Below, in pieces: positions 26,645 through 36,298 of a stretch of DNA of 64,000 nucleotides (position 1 is the first letter of the stretch; every line of letters starts with the position of its first letter). The position numbers were made by a program, and so were the translations under genes. Source of the DNA: a candidate division FCPU426 bacterium (GTDB lineage Bacteria; Oederibacteriota; Muellerivitia; Muellerivitales; Muellerivitaceae); the NCBI GenBank assembly GCA_003152075.1, contig PLZG01000054.1, forward strand, positions 21,067-85,066, read 5' to 3'. Under the pieces are notes generated by a model. The model was not told the origin of the DNA. It ran no database searches and was given only the letters and a program-made list of their open reading frames with translations.

Positions 26645-27394
26645 TTAGTTTTTTTTGGACAAGCAGAACATTATTTTTCCCACGTAATCCTGAAGCTTCG
26701 GATCGATGCCAAGTTTTTTTAAAGCTTTTGGTTCTTTTTTATACATTTCCATAAAACTAAGGCTCAAGTCAATGTCGCCCTTCGTAATGGCGTTGGCCAG
26801 CTTCTTCCATTGTCTGGCGAGCCTTAGAGCCTTGGGGTTATTGGGATGGGTCCCCCGAATCATTTCAGCCCGCACGGCCTTGATCAGTTTTGGCCACTTG
26901 GCCTGAATGGCCTTTAATTTCTTTTCTCCCAAAGCTTTTCTTCTTTCGGAAAGCTTCTCGAGTTGTTTCTTCGTGAAATATTTTTTATACATGTTTTCGT
27001 ACATGGTAATTGCCTCCATCGTTTTAATCACTTCATCCATCGAAAGTTTCTTCTTTGCCGCCAAGGCTTTCTCAAGTCTTGAAAGAAGTCCATACAATTG
27101 ATCGACTTTAACTTTTTCCTCCTCAATCCGTTTCTTGTGCGCTTGGATAATTTGGATGGGAAATATCTTTTTTTCGTCAAGGCAAAGCTTGATGTTTTCC
27201 AATGGAAGGCCCAATTGCTTCAGCGAGAGGATTTGTTGAAGCCTTAGTAAATCTTTTTCGCCGTAGATTCGATGTCCTGATTCCGTGCGGGCGGAAGGGG
27301 CCAGTAGGCTGATTTCTTCATAAAAGTGCAGGGTCCGGATGCTCAGACCCGTTGACTTCGCCAGTTCCCCGACTTTCCAGGCTTTTGTATCCAT
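26645..27394 (-). CDS. MerR-family transcriptional regulator with C-terminal effector domain
   Basis: N-terminal HTH WKVGELAKSTGLSIRTLHFYEEISLL. Confidence 0.8.
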   Translation of the reverse strand: MDTKAWKVGELAKSTGLSIRTLHFYEEISLLAPSARTESGHRIYGEKDLLRLQQILSLKQLGLPLENIKLCLDEKKIFPIQIIQAHKKRIEEEKVKVDQLYGLLSRLEKALAAKKKLSMDEVIKTMEAITMYENMYKKYFTKKQLEKLSERRKALGEKKLKAIQAKWPKLIKAVRAEMIRGTHPNNPKALRLARQWKKLANAITKGDIDLSLSFMEMYKKEPKALKKLGIDPKLQDYVGKIMFCLSKKN

Positions 27395-27518
27395 GGGGTT
27401 GAGTATAGAACCTCACTTAACGTGAGGTTCAAGCGTTAATTTGGGAAAAAGAAAGATTATTTAGAAAGGGCTGTAACCTTGCCAAAGCCTGCCGGGTAGG
27501 ATGAGGCGATAAGTCTAA

Positions 27519-27558
27519 AACCCTCGCCCCTTGCGGGAGAGGGTAGGGTGAGGGGTGA
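27519..27558. repeat. family-A repeat copy
   Basis: aaccctcgccccttgcgggagagggtagggtgaggggtga. Confidence 0.8.
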
Positions 27559-27595
27559 TTTCTCAAATTGAAGACTACCCAATTTCGAGAAGGCG

Positions 27596-28072
27596 TTATT
27601 TCCCGTTCTTTGCGGCCTGTTTGAGTGTCTTGATGTCCAGTTTCTTCATAGGCATGAGAGCCTTCAGGACCCGGGCGGACCTTGCTTTGTCCTTGCCTTC
27701 CACAATCTTGCCCAGGAACGAGGGGACGATCTGCCAGCAAAGGCCGTATTTGTCCGTGAGCCAGCCGCATTGAATTTCCTTCCCGCCATCGGTGAGTTTT
27801 TCCCAGAGGGTGTCGATTTCTTTTTGGGCCTTGCAGGGCACCATGATAGAGACGGACATGTTGAATTGGTTTTGGGGGCCGGCGTTTAGGGCCAGGAATT
27901 CCTGCCCGTTGATTCGGAACCGCACGGTCAGCACTGACCCCGCGGGCTTGGGCATCCCCGGTCCGTAGTAGGCGATGTCCAGGATCTTGGACTTCTTGAA
28001 GACACCGCAATAAAAGCGCGCGGCGTCTTCCGCTTCGGTATCGAACCACAGGCAGGTCGTCATTTTCGGCAT
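27596..28072 (-). CDS. VOC/glyoxalase-fold protein, PhnB-like (3-demethylubiquinone-9 3-methyltransferase domain family)
   Basis: MPKMTTCLWFDTEAEDAARFY N-terminal signature; 158 aa. Confidence 0.75.
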   Translation of the reverse strand: MPKMTTCLWFDTEAEDAARFYCGVFKKSKILDIAYYGPGMPKPAGSVLTVRFRINGQEFLALNAGPQNQFNMSVSIMVPCKAQKEIDTLWEKLTDGGKEIQCGWLTDKYGLCWQIVPSFLGKIVEGKDKARSARVLKALMPMKKLDIKTLKQAAKNGK

Positions 28073-28093
28073 GGGGAACTCCTTTAATTAAAT

Positions 28094-28214
28094 TTTTCAC
28101 CACGGTGGTGCTTCGCGCCACACAGAGACACGGTTACGGCAGTAAAGAATTAAATTGATTAAAAATATCTTCTTTAACTGTGTCCTTGTGGTTCCGAAGG
28201 AACCTGTGGTGGAA
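28094..28214. repeat. family-B inverted-repeat element
   Basis: tttttcaccacggtggtgcttcgcgccacacag ... ccttgtggttccgaaggaacctgtggtgg arms with an AT-rich centre, about 20 nt upstream of the VOC gene start. Confidence 0.55.
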
Positions 28215-28361
28215 TTGGGTCTTAGTCTAAAAAGCATTCAAGCATGGGGAAAGTCACGGATGCAATAGCCGGAATAAAAGAACAAGGTTAAATCCGCGAT
28301 GGAAAGGAGAAAAGGTTTCGTAGGGGGCGGGCCTTAGCCCGCCCTGGTTCCCTTTATTTCT

Positions 28362-28787
28362 CTATTTAGTGAATTGTTTCTCGAGGTTTCCCATTAACCA
28401 GTTCCAGCCCTTCTCATGGCTCTTACCAAAGCTGTCATCGGGAAGGTTCGCGTGATGGACAGTCACCAGCGTATCCTTGCCCTGTTTCTGAAAGGTAACG
28501 GTCACCTTTGATTCGATGCCCCTGGTGTAGCGGGACATCCAGGTTTGCTGGATTCTTTTGCCGGGGGATAGGCTTAGGAATTGGCCATAGTGGGCGGTTT
28601 CCATACCTTCTTTTCTTGTCTTAAAGTAAAAGAGGCCTCCGAGTTTGGGCTTGTAAACATGGCTAATGGAAATGCTACAGGGATTGCAGGGGCTCTTGGG
28701 GTCCAGCCAAGCCTTATAGACCTGGGCGGGGGAGGCAGGGATGGTCCGCTTGAGGGTAACCCCCATGGTTTTCATGTGTTCTTTCAT
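28362..28787 (-). CDS. SRPBCC (AHSA1/Aha1-domain) family protein
   Basis: 141 aa; tandem paralog of the next gene. Confidence 0.7.
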   Translation of the reverse strand: MKEHMKTMGVTLKRTIPASPAQVYKAWLDPKSPCNPCSISISHVYKPKLGGLFYFKTRKEGMETAHYGQFLSLSPGKRIQQTWMSRYTRGIESKVTVTFQKQGKDTLVTVHHANLPDDSFGKSHEKGWNWLMGNLEKQFTK

Positions 28788-28799
28788 GATGGCTTCCCC

Positions 28800-29234
28800 C
28801 TATTTTCGCTTTTTGGTGAATTGTTTTAAGAGATTATCCAAATACCAGTTCCAGCCCCAATCGTGCATCCGGCCGAAGCTGTCATCGGGGAGGTTCGAGT
28901 GATGGACGGTTACCAGCGTATCCTTACCCTGTTTCTTGAAGGTCGTTGTCACCTTCGACTCGATGCCCCTGGTGTAGCGGCCAATCCAGGTTTGCTGGAT
29001 CATTTTGCCGGGGGACAGAGTAAGGAATTGGCCATAGTGGGGAATTTCCATTCCATCGTTCCTGGCCACAAAGTAAAAGAGGCCTTTGAGCTTGGGCTTG
29101 TAAACCATCCGAAGGGAGCCATTAGCGGGATTGCAGGGGCTTTTGGGATCCAACCATTCCTTATAGACCTGGGCGGGGGACGCTGGAATGGTTCGCTTCA
29201 AGGTTAAAGCCATGGTTTTCATGTGCTCTTTCAT
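28800..29234 (-). CDS. SRPBCC (AHSA1/Aha1-domain) family protein
   Basis: 144 aa, about 75% identical to 28362..28787. Confidence 0.7.
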   Translation of the reverse strand: MKEHMKTMALTLKRTIPASPAQVYKEWLDPKSPCNPANGSLRMVYKPKLKGLFYFVARNDGMEIPHYGQFLTLSPGKMIQQTWIGRYTRGIESKVTTTFKKQGKDTLVTVHHSNLPDDSFGRMHDWGWNWYLDNLLKQFTKKRK

Positions 29235-29602
29235 AATTTCTTCCTCCCTTTTTTCTTATTTTTAAAGTGTTTTTCCACTTTATCCAAATGCTCGCTCCAG
29301 AACTTCTCGTACTCGTGCAGCCAGGTCTTGACCAAACGCAGGGGCTCGGGCCTGACGGCGATGAGATGCTCCCGGCCCTGTTTTTCCCGGTGGACCAGCC
29401 CAGCCACCTCCAAAACCTTCAAATGCTTGGAAACGGCGTTCAGGGACATGTCAAAGGGCTCGGCGATTTCGGTGACCCTGGCGGGCCCCTCCACCAGCCT
29501 GAGGATAATTTCCCTCCGGGAGGGATCGGCAATCGCGGCTAGAACAGCGTTGAGGTTATCCATGGATTCATTCAACCATATGGTTGAATGAATTGCAAGC
29601 AC
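29231..29602 (-). CDS. ArsR/SmtB-family transcriptional regulator
   Basis: winged HTH LAAIADPSRREIILRLVEGPARVTEIAE...LKVLEVAGLV; an ArsR-SRPBCC operon. Confidence 0.85.
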   Translation of the reverse strand: MLAIHSTIWLNESMDNLNAVLAAIADPSRREIILRLVEGPARVTEIAEPFDMSLNAVSKHLKVLEVAGLVHREKQGREHLIAVRPEPLRLVKTWLHEYEKFWSEHLDKVEKHFKNKKKGRKKL

Positions 29603-29674
29603 TATTTTGTAATAAGTTTTGAGATGGGCAGGAAAAAATCCCTCGTGGGCTGATTGAGGGTCCTTGATTAGGGC

Positions 29675-30256
29675 CTAAGTTTTGCGGGTGCAGAGCACCA
29701 ACCCGGTCGACCAATTCATTTTACAAACATGAAAATCTTTTAACCCTTCTAATTTTCCGAGCAGTTCGTCGACCGATTGCTGATGCCCTTCCGGCCAATT
29801 GGGCTGGGGAAGCATATCATCCAAGATATAAAACCCGCCGGGAGCGACGAGGCGGAGTGTTTCCTCTAAGGTGTTATATTTTCCAGGCCATGAGTCGGCA
29901 AAAATGAAATCAAAGGTTTGGCCCGCCAATGACTTAATTAATTCAATGCCATCGGCAAATTGAAGGGTCAGCCTGGTGTCAGAACTTAGAAATTTCTTCG
30001 CTACGGAAACAAATTCAGGGTTGTTATCCACCGACAACAAAGTGGATTGGGAATCCATCCCGTTCAAGATCCATGCAGCCGATAATCCCGTACCCGTTCC
30101 GATCTCCAAAAACCTTCCCTTGGGTTTGGTGGCCGCCAAGGTTTGCAACAAATTACCCGTTAAGACGTCCGAAGCCATATTGAAATTCATGGACTTGGAC
30201 ACTTTCAACAGGTCAAAGTATTTGGCGGGATATCTAATCGTTGCTTCATTATTCAA
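29675..30256 (-). CDS. class I SAM-dependent O-methyltransferase
   Basis: FLEIGTGTGLSAAWIL motif I. Confidence 0.7.
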   Translation of the reverse strand: MNNEATIRYPAKYFDLLKVSKSMNFNMASDVLTGNLLQTLAATKPKGRFLEIGTGTGLSAAWILNGMDSQSTLLSVDNNPEFVSVAKKFLSSDTRLTLQFADGIELIKSLAGQTFDFIFADSWPGKYNTLEETLRLVAPGGFYILDDMLPQPNWPEGHQQSVDELLGKLEGLKDFHVCKMNWSTGLVLCTRKT

Positions 30257-30310
30257 AACAAAACTCCTTTTGTGATTCTATCTACTGTCCGCGATAGGCC
30301 ATTTTCTAGA

Positions 30311-30349
30311 AACCCTCGCCCCTTGCGGGAGAGGGTAGGGTGAGGGGGG
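30311..30349. repeat. family-A repeat copy
   Basis: aaccctcgccccttgcgggagagggtagggtgagggggg. Confidence 0.8.
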
Positions 30350-30358
30350 ATTCTTTCC

Positions 30359-30832
30359 TTATCGAATCTCAATCCATCCGATTTTATCCAACTTGCGATG
30401 TTTTCCATTCAAATCCATTCCATAGCCAAAGAGCCAGTAATCTTTAATCCCCTTTTGGGCCAACTTCTTATGATTGAGGCCCAATTCAATCCCGCAAAAG
30501 TCCACTGGCCCGCCATGGGACTTATATTTCTTTATGAAGACAGCAGTTTTTACCTCGGGAGCGCCTAAGCGGATTATTTCCTTTTTTAGGGTTTGGAGGG
30601 TTAATCCCGAATCCACCAGGTCGTCCACGATCAAAACAGGGAATTGACGGATTGTTTTTGGGTCCAGCTTGCCCATCTGCCACTTGCGGTTCTTTAAAAG
30701 TTTTGTTCCCTTTGTTCCAATGACTCGGATTTCATGTATTTTTATCTTAACTTCCGGCATCAACTTTTTGAGGCTTTGGACAAGGTCCCGAGTAAATTGA
30801 CGGGCGCCTTCCAGAACGGAAACAAAATTCAA
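30359..30832 (-). CDS. purine phosphoribosyltransferase (HPRT-like)
   Basis: VLIVDDLVDSGLTLQTL PRPP-binding motif; TTG start; lower GC than its neighbours. Confidence 0.65.
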   Translation of the reverse strand: MNFVSVLEGARQFTRDLVQSLKKLMPEVKIKIHEIRVIGTKGTKLLKNRKWQMGKLDPKTIRQFPVLIVDDLVDSGLTLQTLKKEIIRLGAPEVKTAVFIKKYKSHGGPVDFCGIELGLNHKKLAQKGIKDYWLFGYGMDLNGKHRKLDKIGWIEIR

Positions 30833-31025
30833 AGATTTTTTGTTGTAGTTTCGAAACCAAAGGGAGATTTGCTGGGCGATTCCTTTTACTTATGTTTGAA
30901 TCGCATCTTTATTGAAAATGATTTTTGGGGCTGGTGATGACATGGCGAAGATTTTAGCACAGGTGAGAAAATCGAGGTTGGGCCGATAAAGCTCTTCCAA
31001 TAAAAAGAAAAACGGCTCGAGTGCC

Positions 31026-31364
31026 CTAATATTTTTTTTGTCCTCTGCTTTTCCGTTCTTCTTGTTTTTCAAAAAAGTCCTTAAAAGCTCCTTTTGCACC
31101 TTCGAAATAACCAGTTTTTTCAAATTGAACTGTTGGGACGTTTACAGTGCCGTCTTTTTTGATTCGAATACCGAACAATTCTTCGGGGGTGCTTTGACCT
31201 TCCCCTTTTTCTTTAAATACATCGAAAGAAAAACCGCAACCATAAAAACTGATCATTTTAAAATTATGTGTGTAGTTGGTATTGTTATAAGGAAAAATTA
31301 GTAAGTCACTATATTCGCTTTTTAAAAATATTTTAAACCAGATTGGAAATGTTGAATCGTCCAA
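31026..31364 (-). CDS. hypothetical protein (AT-rich islet)
   Basis: ORF only; no motif recognised. Confidence 0.3.
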   Translation of the reverse strand: MDDSTFPIWFKIFLKSEYSDLLIFPYNNTNYTHNFKMISFYGCGFSFDVFKEKGEGQSTPEELFGIRIKKDGTVNVPTVQFEKTGYFEGAKGAFKDFFEKQEERKSRGQKKY

Positions 31365-31537
31365 CTTGGTGTCGTCTAAATAAATTTCCTTAAATTCGTT
31401 GTATTGTTTAGCGGTTAGAATAGCGTCAAGTTCTTTTGGGCGAGCTAAATGAGTTCTTATAATAATTCCAAAAACAAATTTTTGAATCTTCCGAAAATTC
31501 AGGCCTGACCAATTTAAAAATTCAAAGTGTTCATTTC

Positions 31538-31843
31538 TTATTGGAAGAAATATTTTTTTTTAGTGATGAATTTTCTTTCTTTGGAGTTCGGAGCGTCGTC
31601 GGTTAAAACTTTACTGGCGTAATTATCGTCGTCTGAAAAACCATCTTCGCAATTTTCACAAATAAAATCTTTTTTATAACCCTTTTGATGAATTCGTATC
31701 GTGCCTTCTTTCATGTTCATGAGATGTAATCTGCGTTTTCCGTTCATTTGTTTATAAAAGGGTTTATACATCCACTCAGGCACTACATGACTGTTTGTTT
31801 TGAGCTTGTTTACGGTTTTTTCACAAAATGCACAAACCGGCAT
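31538..31843 (-). CDS. small Cys4 protein, possible HNH-like nuclease
   Basis: CAFCEK..SHVVPEW...N..H...CENCEDG spacing is reminiscent of the HNH Cx2C..H..P..N..H..Cx2C pattern. Confidence 0.35.
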   Translation of the reverse strand: MPVCAFCEKTVNKLKTNSHVVPEWMYKPFYKQMNGKRRLHLMNMKEGTIRIHQKGYKKDFICENCEDGFSDDDNYASKVLTDDAPNSKERKFITKKKYFFQ

Positions 31844-31920
31844 AGTTTCCTCCTAGATGAAATGTCTTTGAGGTTTGAAAAGTTGGCAGTTGTTCGTTGT
31901 GAGGATAAAAATAGAATTTT

Positions 31921-32340
31921 TTATCTCGATAGAACGAATGTTGATTGTTCGACCCAACCCACTAATTTAAATGCGTAATAAACTCTTATCGAGTTATCAT
32001 TCTCTTTTTTGAAAATGAGTCTTTGGTAGGGCCTGAGATTGATGTTGATTTTATTTTCTGAAACAAACTTTTGTAATTCGTCTTTGTCATTGGGCCATCT
32101 GGAATATTTTTTCTGAAAAGACAGAATGAGCTCGTATAACGCAAGTCTGCCAACCGGCCCAGTATAGTTATCGTGATCGCCTAATAAGAGCTTTGAAGAA
32201 ATGTATCCGAGGAAAGCCAAAACTACGATAAGAAAAAGAATTGCTAGTATTGCTGAAATTCTTTCCTTCAAACTCATATTTAGAATATCAAGGATAAACT
32301 CACTGTGATTTTTTGGAGGTTTTTGCTTAGCGAACGTCAT
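31921..32340 (-). CDS. hypothetical membrane-anchored protein (AT-rich islet)
   Basis: Single TM helix; no motif recognised. Confidence 0.3.
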   Translation of the reverse strand: MTFAKQKPPKNHSEFILDILNMSLKERISAILAILFLIVVLAFLGYISSKLLLGDHDNYTGPVGRLALYELILSFQKKYSRWPNDKDELQKFVSENKININLRPYQRLIFKKENDNSIRVYYAFKLVGWVEQSTFVLSR

Positions 32341-33802
32341 GTCCCGTTAGGACAGCAGCGCCGCGTTTGGCGAGTTCCCAGCCGCCTTTTAGATTCCAAA
32401 GGGGGTCGGTGAGGCGGATTTTGGAGAGCAAATACTTGGGACGGAACAGTAGTTCCCGGTAGGCTTCCTTACGCATCTTGATAAGGTCTTCGCCCGTCAG
32501 GGCCTCGGTGCGCACCACCGGCTCGGGGGCTAGCGGGGAATAACGCGACCAGTCCTTGTGCAGTAAATAACCCTTCTCGTCATACCAGGGGTACATTTCC
32601 GTGTTCGGCCAGGGTGTGGAGAAGCAGATTTGTGTATAGAAGGGGTCGATATCCTTGATGAAATCAACGGTCTGGCGCCAGGTTTCGCGCGTTTCCCCGG
32701 GCAGGCCCAGGATGGTCATTCCATAAAAGAGGATGTCCGCTTCCTTGCAGGCCATGGCGCATTTGCGGATATCGTCCTTGGTTACGCCCTTGTTGATGTT
32801 TTCTAGGATGACTTCCGAGCCGCTCTCGATACCCACCGCCAGCTCACGGCAGCCCGAGTCGCGCATCAATTTCAGCGAGGCCACATCGGTCAGGTTGGCC
32901 CGGGTACAGCAGACCCATTCCATGTTCACTTCGTCCTTGATGAGCTCGGTGGCTAGTTCGGCGGTTTGATTGGAGTTCAAGGCCAGCAGGTCGTCGAAGA
33001 AAAGCACGTTCTTGGCGCCGAAGGACTTTTTCAACCACTTGAGTTCCTCAGCCACATGGGCATGGGGACGAGGACGGTATTTTTCCAAGGCGTAAGCGCA
33101 AAAGGTACAGCCAAAGGGACAGCCCCTGGAAGTTTGGATCATCACGAAGTGGTCATGGAAGACGCCGGTGTGGTAAGGGGCGATGGAAGGAAGCATGTCG
33201 TAAGCCGGGAAGGGCGCCAAGGAAACATCCATCAAGGCGAAGGGCGGTGTTTTCTGGAAGCCTTCTTTTTCATTGTAGTAGGTCAAGCCGGGGACACCGG
33301 AAAACCAGCCGGTGGACTTGGGGGGCAGTTTGCCCTCGGGGGTTAATTCGGATTCCAACCTCTTGGCCAGGGTGGGCAGGAGGGCGTCCAGCTCGCCCAT
33401 CAGGTAAAGGTCCACTTCGGGGCGGCGGGTGATGGTTTCCACGAACCAGGGCACTTCGGAGATCATCTTATTGCGGATGACGGTGACGCAATCGGGGTTG
33501 GTGGCCTTGGCCAACTGAAGAACTTTTAAATCCTCTTCCTGGCAGTCGAAGGCCATGCGGGCCACGACCATGTGGGGTTCCCAGGAGCTCATCGTGCGGG
33601 CGATATCTTCCAGTTTCAGGTCGAATCCGTTGGCGTCGATAACTTTTACGTCGAAACCGGCTTGGCGCAATGAAGCGGCGCCTTGGAGGATGGAAAGGGG
33701 AGGATAGACCGAGCCCACGTCGCGGTGCTCGTAACGTTCCTCACGCACGACCGGCAGGCCCTTAACCCGGGGAGGATTGACCAGCAAAATTCTTAGCTTC
33801 AT
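32327..33802 (-). CDS. class-B (B12-binding) radical SAM enzyme
   Basis: N-terminal B12-binding Rossmann-like region, then QTSRGCPFGCTFCAY (CxxxCxxC). Confidence 0.8.
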   Translation of the reverse strand: MKLRILLVNPPRVKGLPVVREERYEHRDVGSVYPPLSILQGAASLRQAGFDVKVIDANGFDLKLEDIARTMSSWEPHMVVARMAFDCQEEDLKVLQLAKATNPDCVTVIRNKMISEVPWFVETITRRPEVDLYLMGELDALLPTLAKRLESELTPEGKLPPKSTGWFSGVPGLTYYNEKEGFQKTPPFALMDVSLAPFPAYDMLPSIAPYHTGVFHDHFVMIQTSRGCPFGCTFCAYALEKYRPRPHAHVAEELKWLKKSFGAKNVLFFDDLLALNSNQTAELATELIKDEVNMEWVCCTRANLTDVASLKLMRDSGCRELAVGIESGSEVILENINKGVTKDDIRKCAMACKEADILFYGMTILGLPGETRETWRQTVDFIKDIDPFYTQICFSTPWPNTEMYPWYDEKGYLLHKDWSRYSPLAPEPVVRTEALTGEDLIKMRKEAYRELLFRPKYLLSKIRLTDPLWNLKGGWELAKRGAAVLTGHDVR

Positions 33803-33968
33803 TGTTCTCGATACTCCTGATGGGTAATTATACCAGTGCTCTTAAAAAGTTTTGCCATAGTTTTGAGTTCTAAGTTTTGAGTGTTGAGTTATGGTCATTT
33901 TTCATCGGTTTTTGATGAAAAATCTCATTAACTTAAAACTAAGAACTTAGAACTCAAAACTGTAGGGG

Positions 33969-34769
33969 TTAGTTGTTGGCGTCGAGGCGGTATTTGGCGA
34001 AGGCAGCCTGGGCATCCATATTGGTGGCGTCCCTCAAGTCCTGCCACCTTTGAAGCTTGCCCGAGTAGTTCAAGTCCCGCAGGGTCATTTCGGTCACGTT
34101 GTCGTTGAAATGCCATTCCTTCAAGTCAACATCGGCCCCCAGGGATTCGGCGCCTGTGGTGGTAGGGCGCTTCCATCGACGGAAATTATTGACCCAGTCC
34201 GTGAAAGAAAGCTTCTGCGCGTCGGCTCCATCCCAGGTGGTGGAAATGAAATAAAGCTTCTTATTCGGGATGAAAAAGAGCAGGTCCATGGAGCTGGCCC
34301 CCGACAGGCCGTTTAATACGGAAAGGGTGGTGATGCCGAATTGCGGGTCCCCATTGAAAGGGCGGAGGGTTGTCTTCATCTCTGGCAGTTTCTTCTTCAT
34401 GGCGGGATGCTTCTTAAGAATCTCCTCCAGGGTCTTACCGGGGTTATCCTTGAGCAATTCGCCCAGGTTCAGGAGGGGGTATTTTTCCATCACCTCATCC
34501 AGGGTCATTCCCAGCGAAAGGTTCACCACGTCGCGGGGAAGGGGGATCTTGGGGCCGGCGAACAGGCTTTGAAAGGCCCCGCCGCTCCAAAGGGCGAACA
34601 GGATCAGGACGCCGAAAATAAAGGCCAGTACTTTCCACTTCCATCCCGGGGTGGCGGGGGCGGAAGAGGAGGCTGGTTTTTCGCTGGGCGATTTAATGTG
34701 TTGTTGCGGCTTGGGGCGTGGCATTGCTTGTCGCGCTTTCTGGGAGTGGATCGCCGTAGTCTTGCACAT
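33969..34769 (-). CDS. hypothetical membrane-anchored periplasmic protein
   Basis: One TM helix (WKVLAFIFGVLILFALW). Confidence 0.4.
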   Translation of the reverse strand: MCKTTAIHSQKARQAMPRPKPQQHIKSPSEKPASSSAPATPGWKWKVLAFIFGVLILFALWSGGAFQSLFAGPKIPLPRDVVNLSLGMTLDEVMEKYPLLNLGELLKDNPGKTLEEILKKHPAMKKKLPEMKTTLRPFNGDPQFGITTLSVLNGLSGASSMDLLFFIPNKKLYFISTTWDGADAQKLSFTDWVNNFRRWKRPTTTGAESLGADVDLKEWHFNDNVTEMTLRDLNYSGKLQRWQDLRDATNMDAQAAFAKYRLDANN

Positions 34770-36228
34770 GACCTAAAAGAGACTTCAACCCGCGCCAGAG
34801 AAGGTTCACTTCCCTGAAAGAACGAACCGTGACCAACTGCCGAAACACAAAACTAGGGGTGTACATCAGGTTCCAAGTCTTGGTCGCCCACTCGCTGGCG
34901 TTGATGGGTGTCTTCAAGATGGGGTGGGACATGTCGTATCTCTCGTAATCTTTTTCGCCTACCAGGAGCCAACCCTTGTTGACCGACTCACGCCACAGGG
35001 GGGAACCGGGATAAGCCACGACTACCGAGGCCTGCATGCAATCCCCGGCGCGGACTTTATAGTTCAACAGTTCTTTCGTGACCGCGTAAGTCTTAGCCAC
35101 GTCTTCCTCGGTCTCCCAAGGATAGCCCATCATGGTGGTCAACAGAACGACCAGGCCCTTGTCCTTGGCCATTTTGACACCATTCGAAATCAAGTCCACG
35201 GTTTCGCATTTGGCCAGGTGCTTGATGCTGTAGTCCGACCCGGATTCCAGGCCGATCTTAAGTAACCGCCAGCCGCACTTCACCAGCAGGTCCACCACTT
35301 CCTCATTCAGGGTGTCGGCACGGCAGTTGGAGGAGAACTGGAAGCGGCCCAGAAGTTTGCGGGAGACGAGTTCCTTATAGAACTCCTTGAGCCAGTCGAT
35401 GTTATAGATGGGGCCGGATTCGTTGTCGTCGAAAAATTCCCAGATGTGGTGCTTCTCGATGCAGATTTGCATTTCTTCCGCTACGTTCTTGGGGGAACGG
35501 AGGCGCGCGGTTTTGCCCCAGAGGGCGTGCTGCCAGATACAGAAGGTGCAAACGCCTACACTGTTGGGGGAAGCGTCGGATGCGCCGCAGCCACGGCCCG
35601 TGAGGATGTAAGCGGTCGGGCGGAGCAAGTATGCTTCGCCGTAATCTTGCACACGGGTGAGGACCCGGTCAATAAAGGGAAGTGAATCAAGGGCTTCGGT
35701 TAGCTTGTGTGGGCCGGTGGACATGGTCTTTCCGGAAGGGTCGCGGTACCAGAGGCCGGGGCCCATGGGTTCTTTGCCAGCCAGGAACTGAACCAGGTTG
35801 CGGCCAACGATGTCGTAGTCCCCGCCGGTCATGACGTAATCGACCTTGGAGTTCAGGATGGATTCCTCAGGGAAGTAGCTGACGTGGTCGCCCATCAAGG
35901 CGATGATCATCTTCGGGAAACGGGCCTTCAGTTCCTCGATGTATTTCCAATGGCGCTTCACGACGGGGGCTTTGGTTTCCAGGAAAATCACTTCGGGAGC
36001 GAAGTCGGTGAGGTACTTATCGAATTCCTCGTCGCTCATGCGGCGGTTGATGCCGTCCAGCCAGAGGACCTCGTGACCCAGGGTTTTCAAGTTGGTGGCC
36101 AGGTGGCCGGGAACCAGGGGGAAAATGCGCACTTCGAGCGTCTTGGAGAATTTCAAATGGCGGTTCTGGGTTAAAAGGGGAAGCTCGCCATCTTTACGGA
36201 AAGGGGGATAAAGTACCGCTGTTTTCAT
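34693..36228 (-). CDS. class-B (B12-binding) radical SAM enzyme, paralog with non-canonical Cx12CxxC
   Basis: Start refined to MKTAVLYPP. B12-binding-like N-terminus, then GRGCGASDASPNSVGVCTFC. Confidence 0.7.
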   Translation of the reverse strand: MKTAVLYPPFRKDGELPLLTQNRHLKFSKTLEVRIFPLVPGHLATNLKTLGHEVLWLDGINRRMSDEEFDKYLTDFAPEVIFLETKAPVVKRHWKYIEELKARFPKMIIALMGDHVSYFPEESILNSKVDYVMTGGDYDIVGRNLVQFLAGKEPMGPGLWYRDPSGKTMSTGPHKLTEALDSLPFIDRVLTRVQDYGEAYLLRPTAYILTGRGCGASDASPNSVGVCTFCIWQHALWGKTARLRSPKNVAEEMQICIEKHHIWEFFDDNESGPIYNIDWLKEFYKELVSRKLLGRFQFSSNCRADTLNEEVVDLLVKCGWRLLKIGLESGSDYSIKHLAKCETVDLISNGVKMAKDKGLVVLLTTMMGYPWETEEDVAKTYAVTKELLNYKVRAGDCMQASVVVAYPGSPLWRESVNKGWLLVGEKDYERYDMSHPILKTPINASEWATKTWNLMYTPSFVFRQLVTVRSFREVNLLWRGLKSLLGHVQDYGDPLPESATSNATPQAATTH

Positions 36229-36298
36229 AGTTCCTCGTGTTAATAAATACGATGTGTTTCCGGGTGCTTCAAGGCTAAAAAGATACCTCAACCCGCAT

